Assembly: GCA_050613775.1 (NCBI GenBank)
Contig: JBODTK010000016.1
Coordinates: 310,001-374,000 of the forward strand
Direction: 5' to 3'
DNA length: 64,000 nucleotides
Origin: Neocallimastix sp. 'constans'
Lineage: Eukaryota
Below are positions 1 to 23,537 of this stretch, piece after piece (the stretch's first letter is position 1; each line of letters opens with the position of its first letter). The notes beneath the pieces are model-generated. The model worked only from the letters and a program-made list of their open reading frames with translations, searched no databases and had not been told where the DNA came from. The translations under genes were made by a program, and so were the position numbers.

Positions 1-116
1 AAAAAAAAAAAAAAAAAAAATTGGAAAATATAAAAAAATCAAAAAAAAAAATTTTTTTTTTTTAAATTTTTAACTATAATTAATAAATTTAAAAAATTAT
101 ATGTATATATATTTAC

Positions 117-3611
<3,495 letters not shown>

Positions 3612-3667
3612 TATATGTATATACTATATTTATTAATTATTTTTTTATAATATATACTCTTAATAGG

Positions 3668-3704
<37 letters not shown>

Positions 3705-5473
3705 TTATTATTGTTATTTTGAAAGAAATAAAATTAATCAAAAGTAATAATTGAGGAATTTTAGAAATAATAGAAATGAATATATTTAATTATTGTTTAA
3801 TATTTTATTTCGTTTATGTTTATCCTTTATATATTTTTAATATGGTTATATTCTTGGTGTATAAAAAAAATATTATTATTTTTATTTTTATTATTATTTA
3901 TATTCCTTTCTTTTTTTCTCCTTTGAAAACGAATATTAAGATAAAATATATATATATATTAAAAGTTTTTATTTTTATTTCAAAATAAATACAAGAAATA
4001 TATATTGAGAGATAATTTTTCACTTTCGTACATTAGTTTGTAATTTTTGATTATATATATATATATATTTTTTGTTATTATTAAATATAAATATATTAAC
4101 TTCAATTATTTCTTTATATATAGTAGTTTCTTTTAAAAAAGTTTACTAATAGAATATATCTGTATATATATATTTTCCAATTCCAAGTACTTTCTTTATA
4201 TATAATTCTAATAGTATTTGATTATAGATAATTCTTTTTATATAAAATATATTTTATAGGAATAAATTAAATAATATGTTTTTTGGTTTATATAAATTTA
4301 TTTTGAAAATAGTTTGTTAGAGTCTTCTTTATTTTACATCATAATATACATATATGTTGACCTTTCTTAGTAATATTGATTTTAATAACAAATGTAATAG
4401 AATTATATTTATTGGAACTCTCTTATTAATTTAAAGATATATTATTATTCATATATATAATAATATTATATGTCTATTTTAAATTACTTTTATTAATCAA
4501 TAAGAATATCAATACAGCATACATACAATAAAAAAAAAAAAAAAAAAAAAAAGTATAATATTATTTTTTCTAATAAAAAATTTAAATATATTTTCTATAT
4601 ATATGATATATAAAATTAGTTTATATATAAATTCTATTTATTATTTTTTTTTTGAAGAAAGTATTTAATCATTATTAATATTTTTAGTTTAAATGATATT
4701 TATGTAAGATTATTATTATTTTTTTTTTAATCCATATTTATATTTTATAGTTAAACTTTAATATTATATATTATATTTAAGCAAATTATATTAACATATT
4801 AGTTTTATTTTTATTATTTATATTTTATTATTATTTTTATTTTTATATCTTAATAATTCATTGTATTTTTAAATTTATATTATAGGTAACTAATTTTTAA
4901 CTATTTTATTTTTAAATAATTTTTAAAAATTTAAAGTTTTAAAATATGAATTTCTCTAAAACTTTAAATATTATTAAAAATGAATTTATTATAAATAATA
5001 AAATTATCATTTTTTTTACAAAATAATAAAATAATTAATAAGAGATAAATAACAAATTAAAATTATCTATATAATAATTATGATCAAATCTAAAAATTTA
5101 ATATAATAAATTATTTCAAAATTAAAATTTTATTATAAAATTTTATATTATATATAAATATTAATTTTTTTTTTTATTTATTTAAAAAAAATTTTTAAAA
5201 TTGGTAGAATTTAAAATCTTCGAAGAAATTTAAATATTTAAATTTCTATTAATTATTTAATAAATTAAATAATTATTATTTAATTTTATAATTAATCGTA
5301 ATTGTCAAAAATGTATTATATATTCTTATTTATTATAATATTTATAAAAAGTAAACTACTATTTACTACAATATTAAAAAGTATTCTCTTATTTATTAAT
5401 AATATCTATTAGTTATTAAAAAATAAAAAAAAAAAAAAAATTAGTATAATTATTAATTTGATTATTTTATTTG

Positions 5474-5550
5474 TGATTATGATTATGATTATGATTATTG
5501 ATTATTGATTATTGATTATTGATTATTGATTATTGATTATTGATTAGGAT
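5474..5550. repeat. (GATTAT)n / (GATTATT)n short tandem repeat
   Basis: Direct reading. Confidence 0.85.
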
Positions 5551-5780
5551 TATAAATTATAATTTCACTTTAAAAATGATAATAATAATTATTTTAAATC
5601 TACATTTAAAGGTTGTAGTTAATATACTAATATTACCAAAAATATATTATCTATTAAATAAGATATACATAACGTTGATTTTAAATTTATTATAATTATT
5701 ATTATTATTATTATTTATTAGTTAATAAAGTTCATTAATTTATATATAATTTTAAATTATTTTATACAATAATTTAAAAA

Positions 5781-5821
<41 letters not shown>

Positions 5822-5892
5822 GATAAATATATATATTAATTTAACATAAAAATTTCAATAAAAAATAATTATTTATTTATTTTATCGCAAGG

Positions 5893-10976
<5,084 letters not shown>

Positions 10977-11218
10977 TTTTTTTTTATTATTATTATTTTG
11001 TTAAATATTAATTAATAATAATCAATATGAATTTTTTATTATGTTTTTTATTATGTTATTTTACATTTATTAATAATTTATCTTTTTGTTGAATTTGTTT
11101 TTACTATTTCTATATCATATTAATTATATTTTATATTTAATTTATTTTAATTATTCTTTATATTTTAATATTAAAAAAAAATTATATATTCAAATCTTCA
11201 AATCAAAGAAATTTAATT

Positions 11219-11301
<83 letters not shown>

Positions 11302-13156
11302 ATAAACTTTAAAATTCAATAAACTTAAATAATTAAGGAATTTATTTATAATTTAATTTTTAGTTATTTTAAAATTAAATAAAAATTTCCGTATATAAAA
11401 TAAAATAATATTAAATAAAACAATATATATATATAATATTATTCCCTACTTAAATTTTACTCTAATAATCATTTGATAAAAATACGAAAATACTGATTAT
11501 AAGTATATAAAACTATTTTATGATAATTATGATTTTGAATTAATAATAAATAATTGAAAAATAATGTATATACATTATTTATATACTAATAATTTCAATA
11601 TATAAATTATATATATAATATTAATAATAAAATAAATTATAAAAGTGTATGCTACATACATTCTATTAATTATTATTAAATACAGAAAAAAAAAAATAAA
11701 AGGACAAATAATTAATGATTTTTTTAAAAAAAAAAAAAAAAAAAATCTAATGAAAAATAATATTATGAAAAAATTATAATAACATATAGATATAAATGAA
11801 AAAATAATAAATGTTTTCCAATTATTGTTATGTAAGAAATATAATAAGTATAATAATAACAATAATTTGGAAATTTCTAACCTTCAAACTGTAAATTTAT
11901 ATTCATCAGAAAAATAAAACAGAGGTACAATATGTAATAAAAGTGTAATTTTAGTTATTATTCATATGTTAAGACATACGCTTCTGAGGAGGAAATTTAA
12001 TAGTAGCTGCTTTCTTAACAAAAAAAAAGATGAAATTTTTGAAAACTTCAATGGTTTGTTACAGATAAAATAAATCTTATAAAAACTTCCATCAATAGAA
12101 CTATTGCATTAATTAATCATGTAATTTTGATCTAAAAATACATTTATTGATATATAATTAAATTTTCATAACCCGAATATGAATTATTAATAGTAAAAGT
12201 AGCATTTATAAAAAGAAAATAAAAATAATCCTAATTTTTATGTTTATTTTTTTAATAAATATTAATAGTTGACTGTAACATAAATGAAAATTAGTATTTG
12301 ATTAATATATACAGAGTAAAAAAATAACAACTTTACTGAAGCATTACATTTTTGAACAAAAATTTTAAATAAGAATATAAAAAAAATTTTATATATATTT
12401 AAAAATTTAAATTACTATTACAAATAATAAATGAATTTTTTTCTACTGGTAAATTGTATTTTACTTTAAAATTTAAATTATTGATTCCTGTATATGAGGA
12501 TTCAAATTAAAACATTTGTAAATTTATTTCAAATATAAATATCAATTAAACATATTTTAAATATGTACGTATTTATGAATTTCAAAATATACTTAAGATT
12601 AAATATAAATGAAATATTAAAATATTAAGTTAATTTATTAAATAAATCCTTTATTATTTTTTGAATTTATTGAATAATTCCTTTATTATTTTAGAAGTTC
12701 ATTTACGAACTTTTTAATATAAAATATAAATTATTAAATATATTAATAAATAAAGTTTAATTAAACAGTAATAAACATAAAAAAATTTTGTTATGCTAAT
12801 AAAATTAAAATAAAAGCTATTAATATTGATTTTTTATCATTTAGCAAACAAAATTGATACACTAATCAATTATATAATTATAATATTATATATTATATAT
12901 ATAATCATATACATAACTACATAAATATTTAACAATATAATAATAAAAATAAAAACTTTTTATTTTTTAAATAAAAAAAATTTTTTTTTTTGGTGTAACA
13001 AAAAATTTCTTTTTATGAAAAAAAAAATAATAAATAAATAAAAAAATAAAAGAATAAAAAAAAATGAATCATTAAACATAATTGACAGTAAGTGGATTTT
13101 GAAACATTATGCATAATATATAATATATTACATATTATTTTTATATTACATAGTAT

Positions 13157-14010
13157 ATAAATAATAAATAATAAATAAATAATAAATAATAAATAATAAA
13201 TAATAAATAATAAATAATAAATAAATAAATAGATAAATAAATAATAAAAATATTAAATATTGAATATTAAATAAATAAAAAAAAATATTAAATATTATAT
13301 ATTAAATAAATAATAATTAATAAATAAATAATAAATAATAAATAATAAATAAATAATAAATAATAAATAATAAATAATAAATAAATAATAAATAATAAAT
13401 AATAAATAATAAATAAATAATAAATAAATAGATAAATAAATAATAAATAATAAATAATAAATAAATAATAAATAAATAGATAAATAAATAATAAAAATAT
13501 TAAATATTATATATTAAATAAATAATAATTAATAAATAAATAATAAATAATAAATAATAAATAAATAATAAATAATAAATAATAAATAATAAATAATAAA
13601 TAAATAATAAATAATAAATAATAAATAATAAATAATAAATAAATAATAAAATAATAAATAATAAATAATAAATAAATAAATAGATAAATAAATAAAAAAA
13701 TATTAAATATTGAATATTAAATAAATAAAAAAAATATTAAATATTATATATTAAATAAATAATAATTAATAAATAAATAATAAATAATAAATAATAAATA
13801 AATAATAAATAATAAATAATAAATAATAAATAAATAATAAATAATAAATAATAAATAAATAATAAATAATAAATAATAAATAAATAATAAATAAATAATA
13901 AATAAACAAATACATAATAAAATATTAAATATTGAATATTAAATAAATAAAAAAAATATTAAATATTAGATATTAAATAAATAATAATTAATAAAATATT
14001 ATATATTAAA
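13157..14010. repeat. Compound AT satellite: (AAATAAT)n blocks punctuated by a recurring AAATATTAAATATT(GAATATT)...ATATATTAAAT unit
   Basis: The punctuating unit recurs about four times (~13247, ~13495, ~13697, ~13920). Confidence 0.85.
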
Positions 14011-14806
14011 TATTAAATAGTATTAAATAATGTTATGGTATCATGAAAAATGTATAATGAATAAAAATAATGAATTAAAAAATAAGAATAAAATAATGAA
14101 TAGTTAAATAATAAAGTAAATTAAATATATGTTTTATTAACCAATATGTTTGTTACCAAGCAATCAGCATTCTGAGTTTTAAACATATATAAAAAAATAC
14201 GTATATAACAATAAAATAAAAATTAAAACCTTAAATTATAAAGAAAAATCTTAAAGATAAAAAAATGAAAAAAAATAAAAATAAAAAAATTAATTTACTT
14301 TTCAATTTTATTAATAATATTTGTCTTTAATTGAGGTTAGTAGAGTTTTTCCAACAATTAATGCTTATATATATAATAATACATAATGCTAATTAAATAA
14401 TTAAAATGATAAATAATAGATTTTAATGACTTAATATTTTTTTAAATAAGTTTTATATATAAAATATGAATGAATTCTTTAAATTTTAATTAAATTGCAT
14501 TTTAAAATAAAAATGAAAAATGTTACACTAAAACTCAATATATTATATTTATAATATGATATAATTAAATAATTTATAACAACGTATTATGTATAGTTTC
14601 AAAAAAAATAAAAATCTATATTTTAATATTATTTTATACTTTTTATATATCGATGATATATAACCAAAATAATTTAATTAAATAAATTAATTTTAATATA
14701 TGTAAATAAATTAATTTTTTATATTTTATCATATCATAAATAAATGGGATAAATTTTTTCATATATCAATGTATATTATCTATATATATTAAATTGTTAT
14801 AAATAG

Positions 14807-14950
14807 TCATGCTAAATCGAATTTCGATGTATTTTAATTTATTTTATAACTTAATCCTTGTAATACGAAATTCTATTTGTGCTTCTCTTTTTCTTAATTT
14901 ATTTCTATCTGAATCGTTAAAGTCATATATTATATTGTATTTCAATATAT
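14807..14950 (-). pseudogene. Coding-like fragment with an in-frame stop, loosely resembling a bZIP basic region
   Basis: Minus-strand translation is YDFNDSDRNKLRKREAQIEFRITRIKL*NKLKYIEIRF; no start or flanking exons found. Confidence 0.2.
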
Positions 14951-15028
14951 TGATTTTTTTAGCTAGATATTTTATTAAAAAATTTAATTCAAAATAGTTA
15001 TAATTAAAATTTTTTAATTAATTATTAT

Positions 15029-15066
<38 letters not shown>

Positions 15067-16423
15067 GTAAAGTTTAACCTATTATATTATATATTAATTT
15101 TAATATATTTTTCATATATATTTATTATATTAATTCTTTAAAAATACTTAAATATTTTTTAAACTAGTTTGTATTAATAAAAATAAAAAATAAAAAAAAA
15201 CTGAAAAACGTTAATAATACTAAATTACTAAATTCATAGAATAAATAATAAATAAAATTCAATAATAAATAATTATAATTAACAAAATAATATTATTAAC
15301 ACAATAATCATTAAAATAATAATATTAATAATATTATAGATTATATATTAAAAATTGAAATGATATTATTTATCTTTTATTACAGTATTATTAATTACTA
15401 CAGAGATTAACAATATAAATTTTGTATCATGTTAAACATTTTAATAATAAAAGTTATATAAAAAAAATTTTTTTTTTTTCTGAAATTTATAGAAAATTTA
15501 AAAAATAAAAGATTAACATAATTATTAATAATTAATGGAAAAGAAATATTTTTCTTTTTTAATTAGTTATTAAAAATAACAAAAAGAAATAAAATAAAAT
15601 TTAAAAGAAATAAATAATATATTTAAATATAAAAAAATTAAAAAAAAATTATATAAAATTTAAAAATTTAACATTTTTAAAAAGATAAAAAAGAAAATCT
15701 TTTTGTATAACAATATATATAAAAAAATTCTTTTTAATTTTTTTTTAACTTTTTTTAATATATACAATTTTTCTTTTTCTTTCTTGAATATATCTTAAAT
15801 AATAATCGTATACATTATTAAAAGAAAGAAAAGAAAAATTTATTAAAATAAAGTTCATAGATTAATTTAAAATTAAAATAAATAACAAATCAACAAATCA
15901 ATAAATCAAAATAATAGAATATTAAATAATTTAAAAATAAATTTTAAAAACAAATTTAAACATCTTCAAAAATACAATAAAATAAAAAATATTAAAAATT
16001 AAATAAACAATATTTAAAACAAAAATCATATAAAAAAATAATTTGAAAGTATATAAATAAAAATAAAAGTAATAATTTATTTATATTTGTGATTTAATAA
16101 ATTAAAAAAAATATCATAATTAAACAGTAGCATTATTAATAAATTTAAACATAAAAGGTAAATAAATATGAAATTTTAGAAGTTTAATAATAACTTTTAT
16201 ATATTTATATATATATTTATTTTTATTTTTATATTATATATAAAATTTTATATTTTTCATTTGTTACATTAAAATCTGAAATTAGATAATAAATAAAATA
16301 AATAAAAAAAAAAAAAAAGAACAAAACTAACAAATATTTCAATAAAATATCATAATTCTTTCACTCTTAATACTTTTAAATTATAAATAAAAAGTATAAA
16401 ATTAAAAATATATATAAAAGAAA

Positions 16424-19109
16424 ATGGTAAATATAATAATTAAATATTTATTTAATAAAATACTTTTAAGAAACAGTAATTAATATTATTTTAAATATAT
16501 ATAGTTCTCTCAAAGATCATCTTCACCATACAATAATAATAGACCAGTATCTCCATACGCTAATAGACCAACTTCACCATTTACGCAGAGACCGGATACT
16601 CCTGTAAATGTTGAAAATGAACGTGAAAAGCTTAGAGAAGCTGGTAATTCTGAAAGAATAAATGCATTATCTGCTTTTGAAGATAAAATAAAAAATCAAC
16701 GTTTACAAAACGAGAAACAACAGCAATTAAGAATACAAAATAGAGAAAATGAAGTTTTCGAAAAAGCACATATACTTAAAGAAAAGTTAATAGAAAGTCA
16801 AAATGAAAAGTTGAAAGAAGAACAACTTCGTATAAAAAAGCAAAATGAATTATATTTAGAACAATCTAAGGAGCAAAAACAACATGTGGATGATTTTGAA
16901 AAACATAAGAGAGAAATGTTAAAACGACAAGAAGAAGAAAAGAAAAAAGAATTAGAAAGAAATGAACAACAAGCTTTTGAAAAAGCTTTATTAGTTAGAA
17001 AGAAGATTGAAGAAGAAAAAAGATTACAAAAACAAAGAGAAGAAGAAGAGCGTAGATTAGAAGAAGAAAGAAGAGAAAAGGAAAAAGCTGAAAAATGGAA
17101 AATTCAAAAAATGAAATTCGAAAAATTAGAGGAAGAAAGAAAATTAAGACGTATGACACCCGCTCAAAGAGAAGAATATTTAGAAGCTAAAGCAAAGCGT
17201 GAAGCTGAAGAAAAGAAAAAAAAGGAAGAAGAAGAAGAAAGAAAAAGAAAAGAAGAAGAAGAAAGAAAAAGAAAAGAAGAAGAAGAAAGAATAAGAAAAG
17301 AAGAAGAAGAAAGAAGAAGAAAAGAAGAAGAAGAAAGAACAAGAAAAGAAGAAGAAGAAAGAACAAGAAAAGAAGAAGAAGAAAGAATAAGAAAAGAAGA
17401 AGAAGAAAGAATAAGAAAAGAAGAAGAAGAAAGAATAAGAAAAGAAGAAGAAGAAAGAAGAAGAAAAGAAGAAGAAGAAAGAAGAAGAAAAGAAGAAGAA
17501 AGAATAAGAAAAGAAGAAGAAGAAAGAATAAGAAAAGAAGAAGAAGAAAGAATAAGAAAAGAAGAAGAAGAAAGAAGAAGAAAAGAAGAAGAAGAAAGAA
17601 TAAGAAAAGAAGAAGAGGAAAATAGAAGAAAGGAAGAAGAAGATAAACAACATGAACTTCATTTACAGAAAGAAAAAGAAGAAACGAACGAAAAAGAAAG
17701 ACAACATGAACTTCAATTACAGAAAGAAAACGAAGAAGAAGAAAAAGCAAATGAGAAGGAAGGCCAACAACTACAAAAAGAAACAGAAGAGGAAGAAAAA
17801 GAAGCAAATGAAAAAGAAAGACAACATCAACTTGAATTACAAAAAGAGGAAAAAGAAAAAGAAACGAAGGAAAAAGAGATTGAAAGACAACATCAACTCC
17901 AAATCCAAAAAGAAAAAGAAGAAAAAGAAGCTCGTGAAAGAGAAAGACAACAATTAGAAAAAGAAAAAGAAGAAAAAGAAATTAAAGTAAAAGAAAGTAA
18001 AAAACGTCTATTTATATTTAAAAGAAGTAAAAAGGATAAAAAAGATAAGAAAGATAAAAAAAGTAAAAAGGAAGCAAAAAAAGAAGCAAAAGAAAAAGAA
18101 AGACAACATCAAATAGAAATTGAAAGAGAACAAAAAGAAAGAGAAGCCCAAAAAAAGGAAATCGAAAGATTAGAAAAAATACATAAAGAAGAAGAAGAAA
18201 GAGAAAGAAAGGAAAAACAAGAAAAAATAATGAATGAAGTAGATGAAGTTGAAGAAAAGGTACATGAAGAAGAACATGAAGAAGAAAAGCAAGAAGAAAA
18301 TGAAATAGAATCACAAGAAATACATGATGAAAATAAAGATAATGAAAGGAAAACACTTATCATGGAAAGAGAGGAACAACTTCAACATTATTTTGCTGAA
18401 ACTAGTCAAAGTTCCATAATTGAAAGTGAAGCATACCAAAATGTAATAATAGATTATGAAACTGAAAGAAAAAGAATAGCAGAAGAAAGAAAAAAATTAG
18501 AAAAAGAACAAAAAGAATTAGAAGAGGCTATGGAAATACTACGAAAGCAACAAGAAATTGATATTCGTAGAAAAAAAATTGAAGAGGAAAAAGTTATAAT
18601 TCGTCGTGCTTACAGAGCGGAACACCGTATAAATAATCCAGAAGAAGAACCAAAAGAAAGAACCCCACTTCAACCAATGAAAGGTTTCTTAGATGATATG
18701 GCCAATTTTGATGATGATAGTTGGAGTGATTTCTTTAAACAATATAATAGTAAAAATTTTTTTTTATTTCTTGTATTAAAATGAATAAAGCATAAATAAT
18801 AATAATATATAGAAAGATATAAATTATTTAGTAAATTTAATTTAATCTAAAAAAAAATATATGTATATTTTTATATATTATATTTATTTATATATAATTT
18901 ATTATACTTATTATTATTGAATAGTTGCTGAAGAAAACCTTCATAAATATGAACCAGAATCAAAACAAAACCCAGAGATAGAAAATAGATCAATAAAAGC
19001 AGAAATTGAACTTAAAGAATTAAACTTACCAGAGGAAAGACCAACTTACCCAAGAGAAAGTTCAAAACATGGTTCAAAATCAAAATCCGGCTGTTGTATA
19101 GTAATGTAA
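16424..19109 (+). CDS. E/R/K-rich single-alpha-helix/coiled-coil protein (~810 aa) with C-terminal CaaX box (…KSKSGCCIVM)
   Basis: Exons 16424-16426 (ATG only, then GTAAAT), 16505-18749 and 18925-19109 join in phase. The N-terminus is Ser/Pro-rich (MFSQRSSSPYNNNRPVSPYANRPTSPF), the body has tandem KEEEERIR repeats, and the end is TGT TGT ATA GTA ATG TAA. The ATG-only first exon is the least certain part. Confidence 0.8.
17221..17640 (+). repeat. Coding 24-nt tandem repeat encoding KEEEER(I/R/T/K)R
   Basis: AAAGAAGAAGAAGAAAGAATAAGA-type units read directly. Confidence 0.9.
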
Positions 19110-19837
19110 AAAAAAAAAAAAAAATATTAATAATAATGAAAAATAAAAAAAATAAAATAAAATAATGAAAATAAATTATAGGTTGTATTGTTTATGGTTT
19201 ATAATTATAATAATAATAATAGTAATAATAAAATATACATATTACAAGAAAAAAATTAGAAAATAAAATTTTAAAAATAAAGATAAATAAAAAAAAAAAA
19301 GAAAAATTGAAAAAGAAATTTTTAATATAATTAAGAAGTACTATACAAATCTTTTTCTTTTCAATTTTTTTTTTTATTATTATTATTATTTACTATAAAA
19401 ATTTTTTCTTCTTCTTTTATATATATATATATTATTCATTTATATGTATATATATATATTTATTAATAACGATGCTTTTATTATCTTCTTTTTTTTTTTT
19501 TTATTTTTTTTTTTTTAAAAAATTATTTAAATTATTCCATTTTCATTAATAATACTATCATAATTTAGCAGTAAATTAATATAACCAATGAAGTCATATA
19601 TATATTATTTAAGTATTAAAGCATATAAAGTTAAAACTAAATTAATAAATATATTTAAAAAAAAATAAAAAAAAAAAAAAAAAAAAAAAAAAAGAGAGAG
19701 AGAAAAAAACAAAAAAAAAAAAATGTTGATTTCGTTTCTTTATTTTAAAAATAATAATAGTAATAAATTAATAAAAAAAAATAAAATAAAATAAAATAAA
19801 AAAATAAAATAAAAAAAAAATAAACAAAATAAGTAAT

Positions 19838-19873
<36 letters not shown>

Positions 19874-20320
19874 ATCAAATAATAGTTAATATTTTTTTTT
19901 AAATTAAATTAAAAGAATATGTATATAAAATACATACTTTAAACAATATAATTATCTAAAATTGAAACAAAGTAAAAAAGAAAAAACAGCAAATAAATAT
20001 AGATAATATATATTATATAGAATAGATGATTATTATTTTTTTATAATTATTATTTTATTTATATACTATTTATATATAATATTCCTTTTCGTAATTATCG
20101 ACTCCTTATTCATATATATATATACATATATATTTATGCATATCTATATATATATATATATATTTATATAAATAGTAGGAAATTCAAAAAATAGAAATTT
20201 TTTTATTCTTTTTAGGAAATAATTGAAATAAAAAAATATATATAGAAAATAATAATAATAATAATAATAATTAATAAATTAATAAATTAATCAGTTATTA
20301 ATTAAATTTAAAAAGAAATC

Positions 20321-20351
<31 letters not shown>

Positions 20352-21503
20352 ATAAATAAATATAAAAAGTAATAACCAAATAAATAAAATAAAATAATAA
20401 ATAATAAATAAGAAAAAATAGTAATAATAATAATAAAATACAAGAATAAAATAAAATAAAAATTACTGGATTAATAAAATAACTAAATAAAGAAAAATAA
20501 AAATGAAATTAAAAAATAAAATGTTTAACAAAATTATTTATTATATATATATATATAATTATATTTATATATATTGATTTAGTGTTTCTGAAGAAAGAAG
20601 TTATTTATAATATATATTCATTAAAAAAGTTTTAAATAATAATCATTAAAATGATAGAATATTTTTTTTTAATCAAATTTTTTTTTGAATTAAATATTGT
20701 AATAATGAAAAATATATATATATATAGTTGTATATTTGGGTAATATATATTATACAAAATAAATTATTTTGTAATATTAAAGACTAATACTAATGATTTT
20801 ATATAATGAAAAATTCAATTTTTATTTTATTGAATTGATTTATTATTAAATAAAATAATAATAGTAATATTTCATAAAATAATTTTTTATTATTTTTTTT
20901 TTACTAAAAATAGCAATAATATAAAAATCTCACTAAATATTTAATAAATATATATATATTTTTTTTTCATATGCACTTGTTTCGATTTAATTAAATATAT
21001 ATATATTATATAAATATCATATATTTATAAAAAATTAATTAGTAATGAAATTGACAAATTTCAATTATATTCTCTACTAATTCTTTTATTTAATTTAATA
21101 ACAATATTATTATAAAAAAAATTCCTTTTAATTAAAATACATGTATTAATATAAAATATATATAGTGTTATATTTTATTGCTATATGTCACATTATTACT
21201 CTACTATTACATTAATCTTATAGTAATATGAAATTTATATATTTATAATTATAAAATGCTATTATTATATATATTTAAATTATTTAATAATATTAAACTT
21301 TAATATATATTAAATTTTTGTAACACTATATCACTGAACTATTTTTATAAAAGCATGCATTTTTAATTAATATTTTTTGTTATAGCTTAAACTTTAATAT
21401 CTAATAAATTTAATATAATAATTTTTTAATAAAAAAATATCAAAGAAATTTTAATTATAATAATTAAAATTTATATAAATATTATTTTAAAACAAATGAA
21501 ATC

Positions 21504-21791
<288 letters not shown>

Positions 21792-22435
21792 AGCAGAATG
21801 AAAGTAGATAATTAATAAAAGTAGATAATTAAAACTTTATTATACAAGTATAATTATAAATATATATATATAAACATTAATAAAGATGATCTTAGGAATA
21901 ATTAATAAATTAAATATATAATATTAATAATTAATAATAGCTATAAAATTATAAAAAAATTATGATTTTTAAAAATACAATTGTTAAAAAAATTAAAAAA
22001 GCTGTTATGATTAATTATAGTATTAATAATAATTAATTCTGTGATTATTACTAATATTATTATTATCACGTTTATAACTGAAACATAAACTCATTTATTA
22101 TTTTATTATCGTTCTATTATTTTGGTTTATTAAATAATATTAATATTAATTGTTCAAGGTTGTAAGATTCACAAAAATATTAATTTTTTTTCATTATTTT
22201 ATTATTTTTATTGTTTTATAAATAATTATCAATATTTAATGATACTTCTTTAATAATAAAAATAATATTATTATCTAAATAAATTAAAAATTATATTATA
22301 AATATAAATAATAATAAAATAAAAAATGTAATACAAAAATTTATTAAAATTTTAATAATAAAATAATTTTATATTTAAAATTCAAATATTAAAAATTTAT
22401 TATAAAATTTAAAAATTATTAAAAATATAATAGCA

Positions 22436-22478
<43 letters not shown>

Positions 22479-22603
22479 TCATATATTATTAAAAATAAAA
22501 TTATAATATGTACGACATATAGCGGTTATATACATTTATTAAAAATACAATTATAACAAAAAAAAAAAAAACATCATATTTCAATTGTATTATTTTTTTA
22601 TTT

Positions 22604-22850
22604 ATATATATATATTGTATATTTTAAATTTCAAAAAGCTTTATGAATATATAAAATGAATTATAAATCAATTTTATTATTTTATTATTTATATATATAT
22701 GGTATATTTTAAATTTCAAAAAGCTTTATGAATATATAAAATGAATTATAAATCAATTTTATTATTTTATTATTAATTTATATATATATATATATATATT
22801 GTATATTTTAAATTTCAAAAAACTTTATGAATATATGATATGAAATTAAT
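22604..22850. repeat. Tandem ~85-95 bp unit x3 (GTATATTTTAAATTTCAAAAAGCTTTATGAATAT…)
   Basis: Near-identical copies start at ~22617, ~22702 and ~22801. Confidence 0.85.
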
Positions 22851-22991
22851 TATAAATTACTATTCATTAAATTTTGTTTGTTACTTTTAAAATAATATTT
22901 AAATTTTTTATTTTTTATTTGTTATAATTATTTTTATTTTTTTTTTTTATCTTTTAAATTATGGTATTATTGTTCTTATTTATTAATGTTT

Positions 22992-23035
<44 letters not shown>

Positions 23036-23450
23036 ATTTTATATCTTGTTTAACTCATTTTATTTATTATAAAAAAATATCTATCTTTTTAACATTTCCT
23101 CTTCCTCAATAAAAATAGCCCCTTAGATTCAATCTAACATTTAAAAAAAAAATGTATGAAACATTTTCAACTATCTTATAGATATATTTTCCTATAACTC
23201 GGATAACATTTTGGACAATTTTCAATTTAATTCTTATCACTTTTGATAAATAATAATGGTATGATACTTTTAATCATATCTCAATTAAATCCTAAATTAA
23301 GATTAGTGTATTTACAGTTAAAACTGAATAGATTTCTGAAGTGAATGAAATTTGATTTATTATAGTTCGTTCCTTTGATACCTTGTTTTGTTGTAATATC
23401 AGACGAATACACTATAATAACATCGCTAAACCATTTTAATATTTTTTTCT

Positions 23451-23485
<35 letters not shown>

Positions 23486-23493
23486 TATTATTA

Positions 23494-23537
23494 TTTTTAA
23501 AGAGTACTATATTCTATAATATAGTACTCTTTAAAAA
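23494..23537. other. Perfect 20-bp inverted repeat with 4-nt loop (TTTTTAAAGAGTACTATATT-CTAT-AATATAGTACTCTTTAAAAA)
   Basis: Arms 23494-23513 and 23518-23537 are exact reverse complements. Confidence 0.9.

Noticed and set aside
17180..18363. Phe/Leu/Ser-rich minus-strand ORFs
   Set aside because: They are antisense shadows of the GAA/AGA repeats in the E/R/K protein.
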